A stretch of 64,000 nt of DNA from Chiloscyllium plagiosum (lineage: Eukaryota), in NCBI RefSeq assembly GCF_004010195.1, contig NC_057719.1:60375080-60439079 (forward strand), read 5' to 3'. The translations under genes were made by a program, and so were the position numbers. Below, piece after piece: positions 1 to 14,273 of the stretch; within the stretch, counting starts at the first letter, position 1, and every line of letters starts with the position of its first letter. Below the pieces are notes generated by a model, which was not told where the DNA came from, made no database searches, and was given only the letters and a program-made list of their open reading frames with translations.

Positions 1-189
1 GAGGATACACAGATAAGATTGTCATTTCCATCCTGCACTATCTCAGAGTTTCACCACGGTTGGTTCTCTTCCCAGGTTCAGCTCAGAAACACAATCTAGT
101 GAGCACATCATTACCACATCTCCGCAGAAACTCAAAGAAAAAATACCAGCTCAGCTCCAGGTAGTTAATGATCCCATGGTCTTGGGCTT

Positions 190-320
190 GTTCTGAGCTG
201 AAATCACTCAATCCGAAATGTTAACTAAAATTTCTCTCAACAGATGCTGCCGGACCTGCTGAGCTTTTCCAGCAATTTCTGTTTTTGTTTCTGATTTGCA
301 GCATCTGCAGTTCTTTTGGC
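190..320 (+). mobile_element. Decayed Penelope-like terminal repeat fragment with degenerate hammerhead core
   Basis: GTT-CTGAG...CCGAAATGTT-AAC followed by cagatgctgccggacctgctgagcttttccagc...cagcatctgcagt, homologous to other copies in the window. Confidence 0.65.
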
Positions 321-459
321 TTTTAATGACTTTGTCAAAATGTACTGACAGGCACAGGGACAGCAGGTAGACTTGTCAGAGGCAGTCATAAACTGGATTG
401 AAGGATAGAGGAAACCACCACTATTATCTGCTGTGGCATACATGCATCTGGTTGTCTCT

Positions 460-895
460 CCTGATATTTCAGGTCAGAACCTTTTATCAAGACTGGGGAG
501 AGGAAGGAGGCTGTGAAATAAATAGACTGAAGGGGGTGGGATTGTGGGAAAGGTGGGTGGGATGGCGATAGGAGGATGCAGGTAGGAGGTGGCTGTGATT
601 GGTCAGTGGGAAGGATGGAGTGAATAGGTGGGCAGGAAGATGGACAGGTAGGTTCAGGTTAAGGGGGCGGGGTGGAGAGAGAGGGTTGGGCCTGGGATGA
701 GATGGAGGTTGTTGGGGAGATTTGGAACCTGGAGAATTCTAAGTTAAGGCCTTATGGTTGTAAGCTCCAGAGGTGGACGATGAGGTGTTCTTCTTCCAGT
801 TTGCGTGTGACCTTGTGTTGATGGTGGAGGAAGCCATGTCATTCAGGGGAATGGGAGGGGGAGTTGAACTGACTGGTGGAAGGTGGGGTTGACTG
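460..895 (-). mobile_element. Penelope-like element 3' fragment (GIY-YIG C-terminus plus 3' UTR)
   Basis: Minus strand reads RKLEEEHLIVHLWSLQP*GLNLEFS, matching the C-termini at 18.3 kb and 46.1 kb; purine-rich tract on + strand. Confidence 0.65.
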
Positions 896-1524
896 GAGAG
901 AACAACTAACCATTTTAATCAGTTGACTTTTAAAATTGAAATGGTTAGTTGTCCAAGAAAACTGTAATATTGTACATCATTTAATGAAATAAATTGATTA
1001 TTTTGCAATTTTAAATGAGATCTTCCCGCAGAAAATTTCTTTTATATTTGCGATGTCTTAATGCCAGTGGAATAAAAACATCCCTGGTTCATGATCTCCG
1101 GGTTATCCATTTGTTCAAATTCCATGTTACAAGTTGGAGGAGCTTAAGGACTCATGTGCTGTCCCATAGATAACGATATTACAGTCTAATCAGTGAAAAT
1201 TACAATTCTGATATCCAGTAATGATTCAACAAAAGTATTACAGCTTTCCCATGATTGAGGCAACACATCCAGCAAGTCGAAGGAGAAACCCTGGTGATTG
1301 ACACTAAAAATGGAAGCAAAAACTTCCTTGTGTATGCAAATGAAACAGCAGTGCTACAATTCTTTCTTCAGTGAAACTGTGGGCTTTTGTTGGTTCCCAC
1401 CTGCCCCACTCTTGACCTCTTCCTTTGACATCACCTTCTTTGACCTCCAACAAACTCCTAGTAGACCTTCTGATGTCTCCACTGGCCAACATGTCATATT
1501 CATGATCAACCCACTGACACATTG

Positions 1525-1775
1525 TGTCATAGAGATATAAAGCACAGAAACAGACCCTTCTGTCCAACTCATCCATGCTGAACAGATATCCTAAATTAAT
1601 CTCGTTCCATTTTCCAGCACTTGGCCCATATCTCTCTAAACCCTTCCTACTCATGCCTTTTAAATCTTCTAAATTGTACCAGTCTCCACCACTTCTTCTG
1701 GCAGTTCATTCCATACACGCACCACCTTCTGCATGAAAAGTTTGCCCCTTATACCCCTTTTAAAGTTTTCCCCTC
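1525..1775 (-). mobile_element. CR1 LINE 3' end fragment
   Basis: Similar to the CR1 3' end at 47240-47500 (ttggccc...tctaaacccttccta; catagag tail). Confidence 0.75.
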
Positions 1776-1879
1776 TGGGCAAAATGGCTCCATATCTAAT
1801 GCAATCAATTATGAAAGTGGACCAATTTTGTTTGGTCCACTGTGCATCAGCTTTGGCATGAGAGTTATTGTTGAGTACT

Positions 1880-2030
1880 CCAAAAGCAAAATAAAGTGGA
1901 TGCTGGAAATTTGAAATAAAAATGGAAAATTCTAGATCCTGAAGGTTCTGACCAAAATGTCACTAAATTAAAAATGTTAACTCTTTCTCCACAGATGGTG
2001 CCCTACCTTTTGATTATTTCTAGCATTTTC
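1880..2030. mobile_element. Old Penelope-derived inverted-repeat remnant
   Basis: gatgctggaaatttgaaa ... gttctgac...aaatgttaactctttctccacagatg...tagcatttt. Confidence 0.55.
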
Positions 2031-2109
2031 TGTACATATTGCCACATGCTACCCAGTTTCTTGCTCAGCAGCTCCTATTGGGTGCGTGGAAACAGCAATC
2101 AGAAAGGAG

Positions 2110-3461
2110 GTCACATTTTGCATTGCTACCACTTGTTCAAGAACGGGAGTAGAGACAACCATGGAAATTATAGAGACTTACTTCGGTCGTGTGTAAAGTG
2201 TTGGAAAGCTTTATAAGAGACAGGATTTATAATTATCTAGAAAGGAATAAGTTGATTAGGGATAGTCAACACAGTTTTGTGAAGAGTAGGTCGTGCCTTA
2301 CAAACTTTATTGAGTTCTTTGAGAAGGTGACCAAACAGGTAGATGAGGGTAAAGCAGTTGATGTGATGTATATGGATTTTAGTAAGACATTTGATAAGGT
2401 TCCTCATGGTAGGCTATTGCACAAAATATGGAGGCATGGGATTGAGGGTGGTTTAGTGGTTTGGATCAGAAATTGGCTAAATGAAAGAAAACAGAGGGTG
2501 GTGGTCGATGTGAAATATTCTTTCTGGAGTTCAGTTACTCGTGGGATACCGCAAGGATCTGTTTTGGGCCCACTGTTGTTTGTCATTTAGATGAGGGCAT
2601 AGAAGGATGGATTAGAAAATTTGTGGATGATACTAAGATAGGTAAAGTTGTGGATAGTGATGAAGGATGTTGTCGTTTACAGAGAGACATAGATAAGCTG
2701 CAGAGCTGGGCCATGAGGTGGCAGATGGAGTTTAATGTGGAAAAGTGTGAGGCAATTCATTTTGGAAGAAGTAACAGAAATGTGAGTATAGGGCTAACGG
2801 TTAGAGTGTGGATGAGCAGAGAGATCTCGGTGTCCCGGTGTATAGATCCTTGAAAATCGCCCCAAAAGTTGATAGGGTTGTTAAGAAGGCATACGGTATG
2901 TTAGCTCTTATTAGTAGAGGAACTGAGTTTCAGAACCACGAGATCATGCTGCAGCTGTACAAAACTCTGGTGCAGCCACATTTGGAGTACTGAGTACAGT
3001 TCTGGTCATCACATTATAAGAAGGATGTGGGAGCTGTGAAAAGGGTTCACAGGAGAATTATTACGACGTTGCCCGGTATGGAGGGAAGATCTTACAAGGA
3101 AAGGCTGAGGGACTTGAGGCTGTTTTCGTTAGGACATACAAGATAATCAGAAGGTTATAGATAGATTGGACAGTGAGGGCCTTTTTCCTCGAATGGCAAT
3201 GGCTAGCACGAGGGGACATAGCTTTAAATTGAGGGGTGCTCGATATAGGACAGATGTCAGAGGTAGTTTTAAATTCAGAGTAGTAGGGACTAGGAACACA
3301 TTGCCTGCAACAATAGTAGACTCGCGAACTTCCCAGGGCATTTAAATGGTCATTGATAGCCATAGGGACGAGAAAGGAATAGTGTAGGTTAGATGAGCTT
3401 CAGATTGGTTCCACACGTCGGTGCAACATCGAGGGCCAACTGCGCTGTAATGTTCTATGTA
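2110..3461 (+). mobile_element. 5'-truncated CR1 LINE (RT domain and 3' UTR), frameshifted
   Basis: ORF pieces SCLTNFIEFFE, YMDFSKTFDKVPH, GIPQGSVLGPLLF, DDTKIG, LVQPHLEY; ends in gttctatgt tail. Confidence 0.95.
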
Positions 3462-5825
3462 CCACTGATTACTCCTAAATTAATGAGAAACTTCACCCAC
3501 GTGCCACTGGAGGTATGTTGGTAAAGTTATCTACACTGATAATGTTGGCATCAATTGAACCCAGGAATTGCCAGCAACAGCACATTAACAGTATAAAATG
3601 TTTGCTTTACGATATGCTGAAACTTCCAGGCTTTTCAATAGATTGACTGTTTACAACATTACTTTGTTTGACTCCGTCTTTGAAAGGCATTTAAAATATA
3701 CTGACTTACACATTATGGTGTTTGCTCTGCTTTGAGAATAAACTTCCATCAAAATGTCTCATTAATATCTATCTTCTGACGACCACTTATCTCATTCTTT
3801 CACAATACAGTCATAAACTTGGACAATTCTCTTAGGAACATCGCTTTCTGATCAATTAATATAAACAAGATGAATTGATTTATCAAAACCACTCAGAACA
3901 CTATCAAATGTGTCAAGAATTAGATACATCGACTGAAATAGTTTGGAGAATCAAGCTAGCCTATGGGATCACTAGACCTTTTCAAAGCCATCATAAATCA
4001 CTACAAAAAACAAACGAAGCTCTGTGTGATAAGATTTGCACTGACAGCTTTACTGCACTACCCCGTATGGTAGATAAATGGATAACTCTGCTTGTATCAA
4101 ATGCCAGTTTTAAAAAATTCAAGTTGTCAAAAACGTTATAACTTACCCATAATAAAAATCAAAAGCAGCTCTAAGATTTGTTGGGCATGTTTAAAAAAAT
4201 ACCATGACAAGGATTCATGTTCAGAACACAATTTAGCCTTTTACTCTGGTTTCACAGTCACAACGACAAAGGACAGAAATCACCTTGATGAACAACCTGA
4301 TATTTGGTGGACAAGCCACCAAAAACTAACTGGATTGTCTTTATTTCTTTAATTTATTCACTTCTCATTGTCTTTGCGAGATTGCTTGCTATAGCCCAGA
4401 ATTCCACTCAACAACTGCAATAAAGATCAATTGGGTGTCTTCCGAGGAAAAAGAACTACAGTGGTGGCAATGTCAAAGAAGTCTCCAGTAGTGAGTGACT
4501 TCGGGGGCAAGCCCTTTGATGCAGTTGCTTTGATCTTTTTGTCCATTTTTACCTCCAAATTGGAAGCAGTTATTTGTTTACCAAAACATCAATTCTTTGC
4601 AGTGTTGTAATTTTGCGCTAATTTCTTATCAATGATTTTGATTTGTTTGAAGGAGTTGTGAGGGGCAGGGAGGAGAGAAGTGCTACAAAGTACTTGTTTC
4701 AGCAGAAACATCCAAAACTTTTAATTTGAAAAATAACTAAATTCAGATGATAATATCAAAGCAATCACATCAAAGGACAATTGCCCTCATGGGATAAATC
4801 AAGCAGAGGTATATGTTTTATTATGCTTCAAGACAGAGAAATGAGAAAGATAAAATCCACAACTACCCCGTCCCTGAAAACCATTTTCACTTAAATCCTT
4901 CACAGAAAGAGATGCATTCTAATTACATGTACCCTACCTTGACACAGATCAGCAAGAAAACCATATTCTCATTTCAATTAGAAATAACAAATCTCCAATT
5001 ATTTTATCAAAGCACATTTAATACAATGTTATAAAGGCCATCTTAATGCTAAATCACTTTTGGAAGAACTGTGCAGTGATTGTTTCTTTACAGATGATGA
5101 GATCAACAGAAGAGACTAATTTTCTTGTACATCATGTAATCAGGTAGCAAACTAAACAATGCAGTTATGTGTGCACACTCTCTCCAGAAGATAATTTTTG
5201 TTTCACAATAAAGCATTGCTACATTACTTTAAACAGACCACATCAATAATCTGTGCTTTACACTGGCAGCTTTAAATATTGATGCATGTCGATGACATCT
5301 GCAAGATTAATGGATGTGACCATTTGTAAGGGTATTGATGGAAATGGCCAATGATATGATGTCTACGTGAGAGAAGTAGCTTCTCAAGGCAAGTAATTGA
5401 AATTCATATCACTTACGGAATATAGCCTCATTTGTCCTTAGTAAAGAAATACATAATAAACCATTTGATATATATCTGGGAATTTTGATTAACTCAAAAC
5501 ACAAGAAAATATAAATGCTCTGGTCATCTAAAGTTTTAAGATATTGGTGTAAAGGGAACCTTTACAACTGTGTAAATTTCTGAAATTAATTTATAGTTCA
5601 GTGTTTCTATAAATTATCACTACCAGCTACATGTAGAAAATGAAAATACAAGGCTGATTTTTAACTTCAGCTGCTGGTCTGCAATCAAGATCCAAGTTGA
5701 GCAGCAAACCATCCTGAGCTCAGCAGCTTGAGACCCGAGTGATTTTAACTTCGGAGCCTTATCTGTATAGGCCATACGACCACTACAATCAAAGAAATGG
5801 TTCCTGGTTCTCATTTCAGTCACTC

Positions 5826-6260
5826 TGATGGCAGGGGTTTGATTCCAGCCTTGGGTGACTGACTGTGTGGAGTTTGCACATTCTCGCCGTGTCTGCATGG
5901 GTTTCCTCCGGGTACTCAGGTTTCCTCCCACAATCCAAAAATGTGCAAGTTAGGTGAATTGGCCGTGCTAAATTGTGCATCGTGTTCAGGGACGTGTTAG
6001 TTAGGTGCATTAGGTCTGATGAAGGGCTTTTGCATGAAACATTGATTGTCCTGCTCCTCGGATGCTGCCTGACCTGCTGTGCTTTTCCAGTACCACACTC
6101 TTGACTCTAATCTCCAGCATCTGCAGTCCTCACTTTTGCCAGGTTAGGTGCATTAGTCTGGGGTAAATACAGAATAATAGAGTAGGGGAATGGGTCTGGA
6201 TGGGTTACTGTGGGTTGGTGTGGACTTGTTGGGCCAAAGGGCCTGTTTCCACACTATGTA
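5826..6260 (+). mobile_element. HE1-type (V-SINE) tRNA-derived SINE, 5'-eroded, interrupted by a Penelope-derived insertion
   Basis: gactgtgtggagtttgcacattctc...gggtttcctccggg core and CR1-like 3' part gggccaaagggcctgtttccacact. Confidence 0.9.
6014..6142 (+). mobile_element. Penelope-derived short insertion with hammerhead-like core
   Basis: CTGATGA-A-GGGCTTTTGCAT-GAAAC at 6016; flanked by perfect 14-bp direct repeat gttaggtgcattag (6000-6013, 6143-6156). Confidence 0.85.
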
Positions 6261-6879
6261 AACAGAACTCGCTTGGAAGGTTTTTCTTTTATCCTTTCAT
6301 AGGATGTAAGCATTTGTTGCCCATCTCAAACTGTCCTACAATTTCCCTGAAAGGTTCAAATAATCATGCTCAAGTTCTGATTGAAAGCCCCTGACGCAAA
6401 CCATTAACTCTGTTATTACTTCCACTGAATGGTTACGTATTTTCAACAGTTTCTGTTTTAATTTGAATATGCACTGCTGATAACAATACATATAACTAAT
6501 AAATCCCATTTTCATGACTGGTGAATCAATAAAGCTGTCAGAGGAAAATAGTTCGATTTTATCAAATGGCATACAATTATTCATCATAGCAAGGTACATT
6601 TAGCTATTTAGCAAAGCCAGTAACTTCTGATTTAATGTACTGTGGTGTTAACCATTAAGAATCATTATGCAAGTGGTTTTGACATTAATATGTAATATAT
6701 AACATAAAACATTTTTCAGTAATTGCCACAAAAAGAAGATCTTAAGAAGATTCAGTATATATTGAATTCACTGCTTATTATTGATTGTGATTATGGAGGA
6801 CATATCAGGAAACCTTCCTCTCTCAGCTTCTTATTGACAAACAATAAAATAAATGGAGATAATTATAGATTGGGTGTGC

Positions 6880-7205
6880 CCTATTTCCTGATGGGAACTT
6901 CTGGCACATGCCAGACAAAGGAGAAACTGAAACCTTGTACCCCTACATTACTAATAGAAAAAAAGATAACTTATCTTAATTATATAGGCTGGGGGATAAA
7001 AGTAGCCAGAACAATAGAAAAAACTTCCTTGATCATCTTCAAGTAGTGCCTCTGGAACATTTACATTCATTGAAATGCTGATGATGCATCAGGATAAAGT
7101 CTCTTATGAAAAATTTCATCTCTGACACTGCAATATTGTTTCACTATCACAATTCAGGGTGGACCTCGATTCTCTGTTGAGGTCTGCACTGAGAACTGAC
7201 TCAAA
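6880..7205 (-). mobile_element. Ancient Deu-domain SINE remnant (SacSINE1/AmnSINE-like)
   Basis: tcttcaagtagtgcc...acatttacattca...tctgacactgcaat... resembles the reverse complement of the Deu domain as I recall it; highly diverged. Confidence 0.4.
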
Positions 7206-10200
7206 ATACATAGTCAAAACTGTCATGAGAATGCATGTAGAGTATGATTCTGTGAATTTGTACCATTGAGCCCCATTAGCAATTTAAAAATGAATTAAAA
7301 AAAATTATTAAAACCAAATTTCCAAAATACTAATTTATATTGGCTATTGATATATCATAACTCAATTAAAGCTAAACTCTGTGGATCACAGGGTGATACA
7401 AAAGGCATTGGTAAGAGGGAAATGGGAATATGGTTACAAATCCTTCTGAAATGTCATTGTCAAAACCTGTACTCCATATAAATGCCAAATGCCAAATAGA
7501 ACAAATGATTCATGGTACTAAATCTCCAAATCCTACAATATTTTGCACATATATCTTGCTGATCTTTAGAGCATTAGTTGTAAAATTACTTGTATACTAT
7601 TGGCAGTGAAAGACTCGTTCACTTATGGAAATCAAACATTATTCTAACTTAATATCAGAGAAAAAATTGAAACATATAGTTGTTCTTTCAGACAGAATCA
7701 CACAGCAATGTCTGAAAATCCTTGTGATTACTGACAGATTTATCCTTTCGGGAAAGTGAAAGTGCTTCAAGGAGGGTGCGTGATCAATGCCACAATAAAT
7801 AAAGTTGTGGATACAATTGGCTCACTTGATAAAAAAATCTCTGCTAACAGCAATCGTAGCTTAGTTTACTCACAATACATTCTTTCTAAAGTTGGTAAAT
7901 TATTTGAAAGAGACAAAATATTGCATTAGTAAAGGACAACTCATCTAGATGTTCAGGAATCGTATTACTTGACAGGCTTCAGAATACCTTGCTTCAGAAT
8001 AGTTCTGATATTTAACTATTGTGGGAAGGTCAAATAGGTGGTCATTGCCTAGTCACAAACTCATGACAACATAAATCTACTCACAAATTCACTGTTCTGT
8101 GACATCGTTAGTTTGTTACAACAACTTATAACTACAACATGAACAGAATTTAGTGAGACAAGGATTAAAAAATTCACAAAATTATTAGACATAAAATCAA
8201 GAATAAATTAATTTTATGTTTTATGTACTGTTCTTTAAAAGTTTATTTAGCCAAGTTGTTCGAAACTAGGATGCCACAAGGTATTTGAAATTGTTATCAA
8301 ATCTTTATCAACATTACAGACAACTTAGAAACACTTACACTACTCTAGTTCTTTCATGAACTCTAAGCTGTCTTCATTGTGTTAGCCATATTTTCATGAG
8401 CATGTTATGCCTATAATTAGTTCAAGCACAGGCACTTGGTGTTCCAAGAATTCTTGGACAGTGTAAAATCTCCTCAAGCCAAAGTCTCCAGTTTGCTGCA
8501 TCCACGCAGGAAGTGTCCTGAATTGTCAAATCAATATTTCAGATGACCAGGCGTGACATGGAGTCAGACTTGTTACTCCAAACAGTTTTCTTTTATAACA
8601 TTGGGTGTTCTAGGCCTCACACCTTACACAATTCAACCCCCACCCATATTGCATGCTCATAAATGTCAATCAATATTCCTCACCCATCTTGATGGCCCCT
8701 GATAGCTCCTATGCCAACTAGTGCCAACTCATACTGCCCTCTCCACTACCCTTTGCTCCTATATCCTCCATACCAAATCATTCAGTAACCCAGCATGGAT
8801 TAACCCCAGGAACCATGCCAAGATTAAATTAAGTAAAGTTCTAAATATCTAATATATGCTTCTCTACATATAAAATAGCCTTCATTGATAAAAACTGATA
8901 CAATATATTTAAATTCACCAATTATTTAATTAATCCCACATCAAAGATACTGATCCTTTAATAATCTCATTGAACTGTCAACCAAACTGTGAATGAACAT
9001 CTCCTACACCCCATGGTCATGATGATACACTATGAAAAGCCATCAACGGATTAATAAATATAGCATTTAGGATTATGTCAACAGACCCATTGAAACTAAT
9101 AGAATTGGTATATTTCACATTACTTACTTAAAAGATATGTAAGTAATGTGACAGTGACAGCTCTACAAACCTTATGAACCCTTGATGAGCATTTATGTCT
9201 TCTCTAAAGGTTTATATTTTACACAGTGAAAGATAAGGCGTTGTCCAATCAAAATAGGCTCTATTTGAATTCAGCATCATGTTCAAATGGCCCTTCTATG
9301 TTGGATTTGCCTCATGTGTGAGTGATACCTGTTCCCTTTCTCCCACTGGCAAAAATGAGATCTGTAGGAAGTGAGTGCATGAGACTTCCGTATCTTTGTC
9401 TTGCATACTATTTTAAAGATTCCTGGAAGGTCCAAACCAGGATCAGCATTTTGTACGAAGATGATGCTTTGCATTCTTCTTTGTGAGGTTGTCCAGTGTA
9501 GCTTTGCTTTAAATAAAACAGATTCATTGTTTTCCTGAAAATACTGTCCCACATCTTCACTGTTTGCTAGTTTAATTTTAAACTTAATGGAACACTGCTT
9601 CAGTGAACTTTTATTTGCTAAAGTTAATGCACACTTCTTAATTAACTCACTTAGTAGTAACTTCATTATACAGAATTAAACGTTTGCCAAATGTCTTTCT
9701 TAGACCTTGGGATTTGATTTTCATTAAGTCATTTCTTCTATGATAAAAACAACATCATATTTTATACAGCAAAAATAACACATTTACTGTCAAAACTGAA
9801 AACATTTTTTCACTCATGCACAAAATAATGTAGCATAGTTTTGAGGTTTTTTTTTGAGGACGTTTTTGAAATATTTATGAAGATACAATAGACTCCCCAC
9901 AGTTGTGTGGTATGTTAATCACACTGTTCCATATATTGTCATTGTTGTCACCAATTTACAAAAAGCGTAACATCCCTTCATTAGTTCATTTGAAATACTG
10001 AAACTAGCTAGTTTCTGGATAAAAAGCTTAACAGGTCGCATTAAAATGAATATCATTTATTATGTTGAAGATCAGTGGTTAATTTGAGCCACTTTAAGAT
10101 AGATAAAAATAGCACATAAGTACTTGCAATGTTTGACAAGCTAGCACCATGAATCCTGCTTGAATCAGCTGATACAATATGGATGGCATTGCCAACTACA

Positions 10201-12699
10201 TGTAGTATAATTAAGGTCCAAACATCACTTTAAATTGAATGATTAAGAATGAGTTTCATCCACATTCTTAGTCAGTTTGTAATCTATTGATATTTCAAAA
10301 TTATAATTAACTGAGTTTTTATTAATAAGTGAGTCTATAATTGACATAATTAGATCAACTTATGATTTTTTTTCTTGTGTCATTGAAATCTTAAACACTT
10401 GAGAGTCACATTTTTCTTTAGTGGAGGCTGCCTCAGCACAAAGTTCTTACTGGGGAAATTATTTTCTTATTAACATTAAATGAATTAATTCCTTTCCACA
10501 TAATCTATTATTGTTGTGATGGGTTCAATTATGCACTCAATGAAGGATAGAGAATTTTCGGTATAATTATTGGAAATTGCCATGGTTCAAGCTTGAGCAT
10601 ATCTTATGGAGAGTTGCTTTACTCCAGAATTTATTTTCTTGTGCTCCTAATTAAGTAAACTGCTGTTTACAGAACTCACAGCTGGAGCAGCTGGGTTCGA
10701 GGAAATTTTGGCAAAACATGACAGTGTGCTTGTAATACTATTACTGAAGTATGAAAGCTAGATATAAGTGTAAAGGAGGAATACTAAAACTAAAATTAAC
10801 TGTCTATTCTTTGGGATAGTGAGGGCTTTGCCTACTCTTTTTTCAGAACTGCATCGATCATGCAATAGCTGTCGGCAACTAGCTCCCAAACTTTCATCAA
10901 AGCTATTTGTTTCAGATAGTAGAAGGTCTGTGAAGGCAGTTCAGGAATGACTACCGTGAAAATGCCCATTACTCCCATAGAAATCAATTTAGTTCAAAGT
11001 AGTATCCCCCACAGGATGTAGCTCAGACCAGGAGATCAACAAGGTACATGTATCACTCCACAGCAGAGTGTACTGGTGCTACAACAGGTTTAGCCAATGC
11101 ACATCATCTTGAAATCCTTCATGAATCAATATACATGAAAAGCTGCCAAATATTACAAATATCTTTTTCTCCAGTTCTCATTCCAACTGATTATCTATTT
11201 TGAGAATGAATATAAACTGATATTGTGACGGGGAAGTTAATTATACTACAGTTTGCTACAAAATACATGGCTGTTTTCAATCATTGAAATCATTAGCAGG
11301 TTATTGAATTTTGTTTAAATTTAAAACTTTTTAAAAAATGTTGTTTCAAATCAGTTGTTTTAAAACTGCAACGAACTATATCCATTTTAATCAGATAATT
11401 TCAGAAAACAATTTTCCCAATGTTCTCATATTTCTGATAGATGAATTATCAAATTCTCTTCCCAGTGTCATCAGGAGATTTCAGACAGGTGACTGGCTAA
11501 GTGTTTCTTCATATAGCTAACTGGACATGTGAATTGCATACATTTGTGATAATTGAACAAACATCATTGAATTGGAGCTACCATTTCAATTGTAAGGGAC
11601 AGTAGACTTGCATTAAGAGATAGGTACAGCCATTATGATAGACACAGCTTTTCTCAATTATATTAGTGCTGTTATATGACACCTTGGGTATATAGCTGAC
11701 TCACACCATAAGTCTAAGAATTGACCAAGGTTGACAGCTTTACAACTAACATGGAAAAAAAAGAGTTGAACTCGGGTGCTGAAATATAAGTTACTGATCA
11801 ACAACAAATATAGGGGCCAACTTACTTCAGAAGAGCATTAAATGCTGACTACTTAAACAATCTGCAAATTCATCATGAATATTTTATATTAAAATATGAA
11901 TAAAGAGACCACAAAAATGCCATAATTTTGTGTCTGCATTATTTATGCTCCATTTACTTAGCATGTAGGAGAAAGTAAAGCCAGCTATATTTTAATTATG
12001 AATTTTTTTTTTAAAGATTAGCATGAATATGCTGGATATTGCAGATAAATATATATTATATAAAGAATCAATAACAATTGATGAATGACATCATTACAAT
12101 GCAAGAGATGGCTGTGTATATTAATTCTAAATGTGGATTCTGATGTTGTTTATAAATTTGTACATATATCAATAAGTCCTTTGTCTGTATGACAATCACA
12201 CATGTTGACAGAAATACCAGAGGTCCCTGGGCAACCAAACACGAGATCTGGGCTATATCCATGGCAGTTATAAGGGAACTCAGTCTGGTCAATTTTTCCA
12301 TTTCTTATTCACTCACTAGAGAACTATCAACTGTAGTTCCAAATTTGTCACTCAATCAGCAACAACAGCAAATTTCTAAGAATATAATGGCAACAGACAG
12401 AATATATATCATTCTCACTCCAATCCTGTATAACAGTAAAACATTTCAAAGAAATAGCGCTGTTTTTACACTTCTAAGCTTGAACATTTTATTACAAATC
12501 TTTATTTGGTCTTGAGGAGTTGACAGGTCAATTGAGCTGAATAAGTCTAGTTTATGATGCAGTTGTCAGAATTGGTTAAGGCACAAGTCTGTTCATGCTG
12601 CACCCTGAGATTATCCAACTTTTTTTTCTTCCAAGCTGGCACCTTAAGGTTAATTACTTTACCAATTTCAGCAAATGGTATGCCATATTCTCATCTGTC

Positions 12700-14260
12700 T
12701 CCATTAGAATCCTAGTATTTTTCTATTTATGTTGACTGAGGTCAAGGTAGTAGTAAATAAGATAATAAACCACAATTTCTCATTTTTGTATGTACACAAA
12801 CCCTGGTCTCTTAATTCCTTCCTGGGTTCTCATTTTAGCATATGGTAAATAGATCCATATCTTTCAAAACCATTGCCCTGATCTACCTCCTCAATAAGTA
12901 CTTCTAACCCACTGTCCTCTTTCTTGCTAAGTGCTACCCTATCTCCAATCACTTTCTTTTTCAAAATCCAGCAATGTATTGCAGTAACACAAAGAAGACT
13001 GGATGCTGGAGATCTGAAACAAAAGACAGGAAGTGCGGGAGAAATTTAATAGTTCTGACAGCATCTGTGAAGAGAAAGCAGAATTAAGGTTTTGAGTCTG
13101 TGTCCATTTTTGAACTGGCAAAGAGTCACTGGATTCAAAATGTGAACTCTATTCTTCACTCCACAGATGTTGCCAGACCTGCTGTCTTTCTCCAGCAATT
13201 TCTGCTTTTTTTTCAGCAATGTGTTATTGTGTGAAAGATCCATGTGAACCTCTGTGCAACTCTGCTTAAACTTCTCAAATCCATTTTCCCACCTCCTACA
13301 TACTAAAATAATTCCAATCCAAGTCATGAATTACATTCTCTACTACTGTAACCACAGAGTAATATCATCTCTTGCTTTTTTATAACCTTTTCTGCAGACT
13401 TCGATGCATTCAATCAAACTATCTTCCAACAATTATTGTCCAACTTCTTGAGACTGCCATACCCTACTACTCATGTCAATCTATTTGATCAGATCGAATA
13501 AATTCCTACAAGTATACTTCTTATTTCTGTACCATTACTGTGAACTCCTGGCCAGGTCTATGCTCAGCTCCCTCATATTTTCAATCTCCATACTGCATCA
13601 CCTGTAAAGGGATAAACTCCCACATGTACATTGCTAACATCCAGGTATACCCAATGACCTAATGTGACCTATATGTTGTCTTGTGTTGTCTGACATCCAG
13701 TTTTGAGTAAGTCATAATCTCTACTGTTTAATCATTGAAAACAATCAAGTCACCCTTAAGTCTGCCACAAACACCTAACCTTCAGCGGTGACCCCATTTC
13801 CGTTCCTGACTAAATTAGTCTGTTTTCAGCCTCACTATTCTGTTTACTGTTTACTGTTTCTGACCTCATATTCTGTCCTTTACAAAAATTTCCAACCTGC
13901 CCTCTGTGCCACAGCCTGCATCCACCCACAAAACTTCATTTAATGCTGAGACCCTCATTCACGCTCCAGTTACTCCAGACTCAAATACACCAAGTTTCAT
14001 TCTCCTCAAACACCAAATCATTCAAATATCTGCTGCACACATCACATTCTTAAATACTCATGAAATATAACAATATATATCAAATACTGGTCTCTCATCA
14101 TCCCAACGCTCAAAACTTAAAATTCTCATTCATCATTATTTTAATTCCTCTGAAGCATGGTTCCATCCCTATCTCTGTAAGCTCCTCCAGCCTTACAATC
14201 TCTGTTTATTTCTAACCACAGTCTCACATTAACATTAGCATTGGTGCCTTCAACTACTTT
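12700..14260 (+). mobile_element. Degraded L2-clade LINE RT region
   Basis: Decayed RT motifs FSADFDAFNQ (~LSAAFDTVDH), a GSVLGPLLF-like segment at 13555 and HMYIANIQVY (~HMYADDTQLY). Confidence 0.6.
12978..13213. mobile_element. Old Penelope-derived inverted-repeat insertion inside L2
   Basis: Imperfect inverted arms (cagcatctgtg / cacagatgttg); 9-bp direct repeat cagcaatgt at 12969-12977 and 13214-13222. Confidence 0.7.
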
Positions 14261-14273
14261 AGTTTCATTTAGT

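Noticed and set aside
5762..5785. 5S rRNA-like start (gtataggccatacgacc)
   Set aside because: Similarity is limited to about 15 nt with mismatches, and no internal control region follows
9283..9666. 127-aa minus-strand ORF as a host gene exon
   Set aside because: No recognisable domain and no phase-consistent neighbouring exons; kept only as a weak exon-like segment
12210..12310. EF-hand-like peptide NGKIDQTEF on the minus strand
   Set aside because: An in-frame stop lies immediately upstream, after the only plausible acceptor; likely chance
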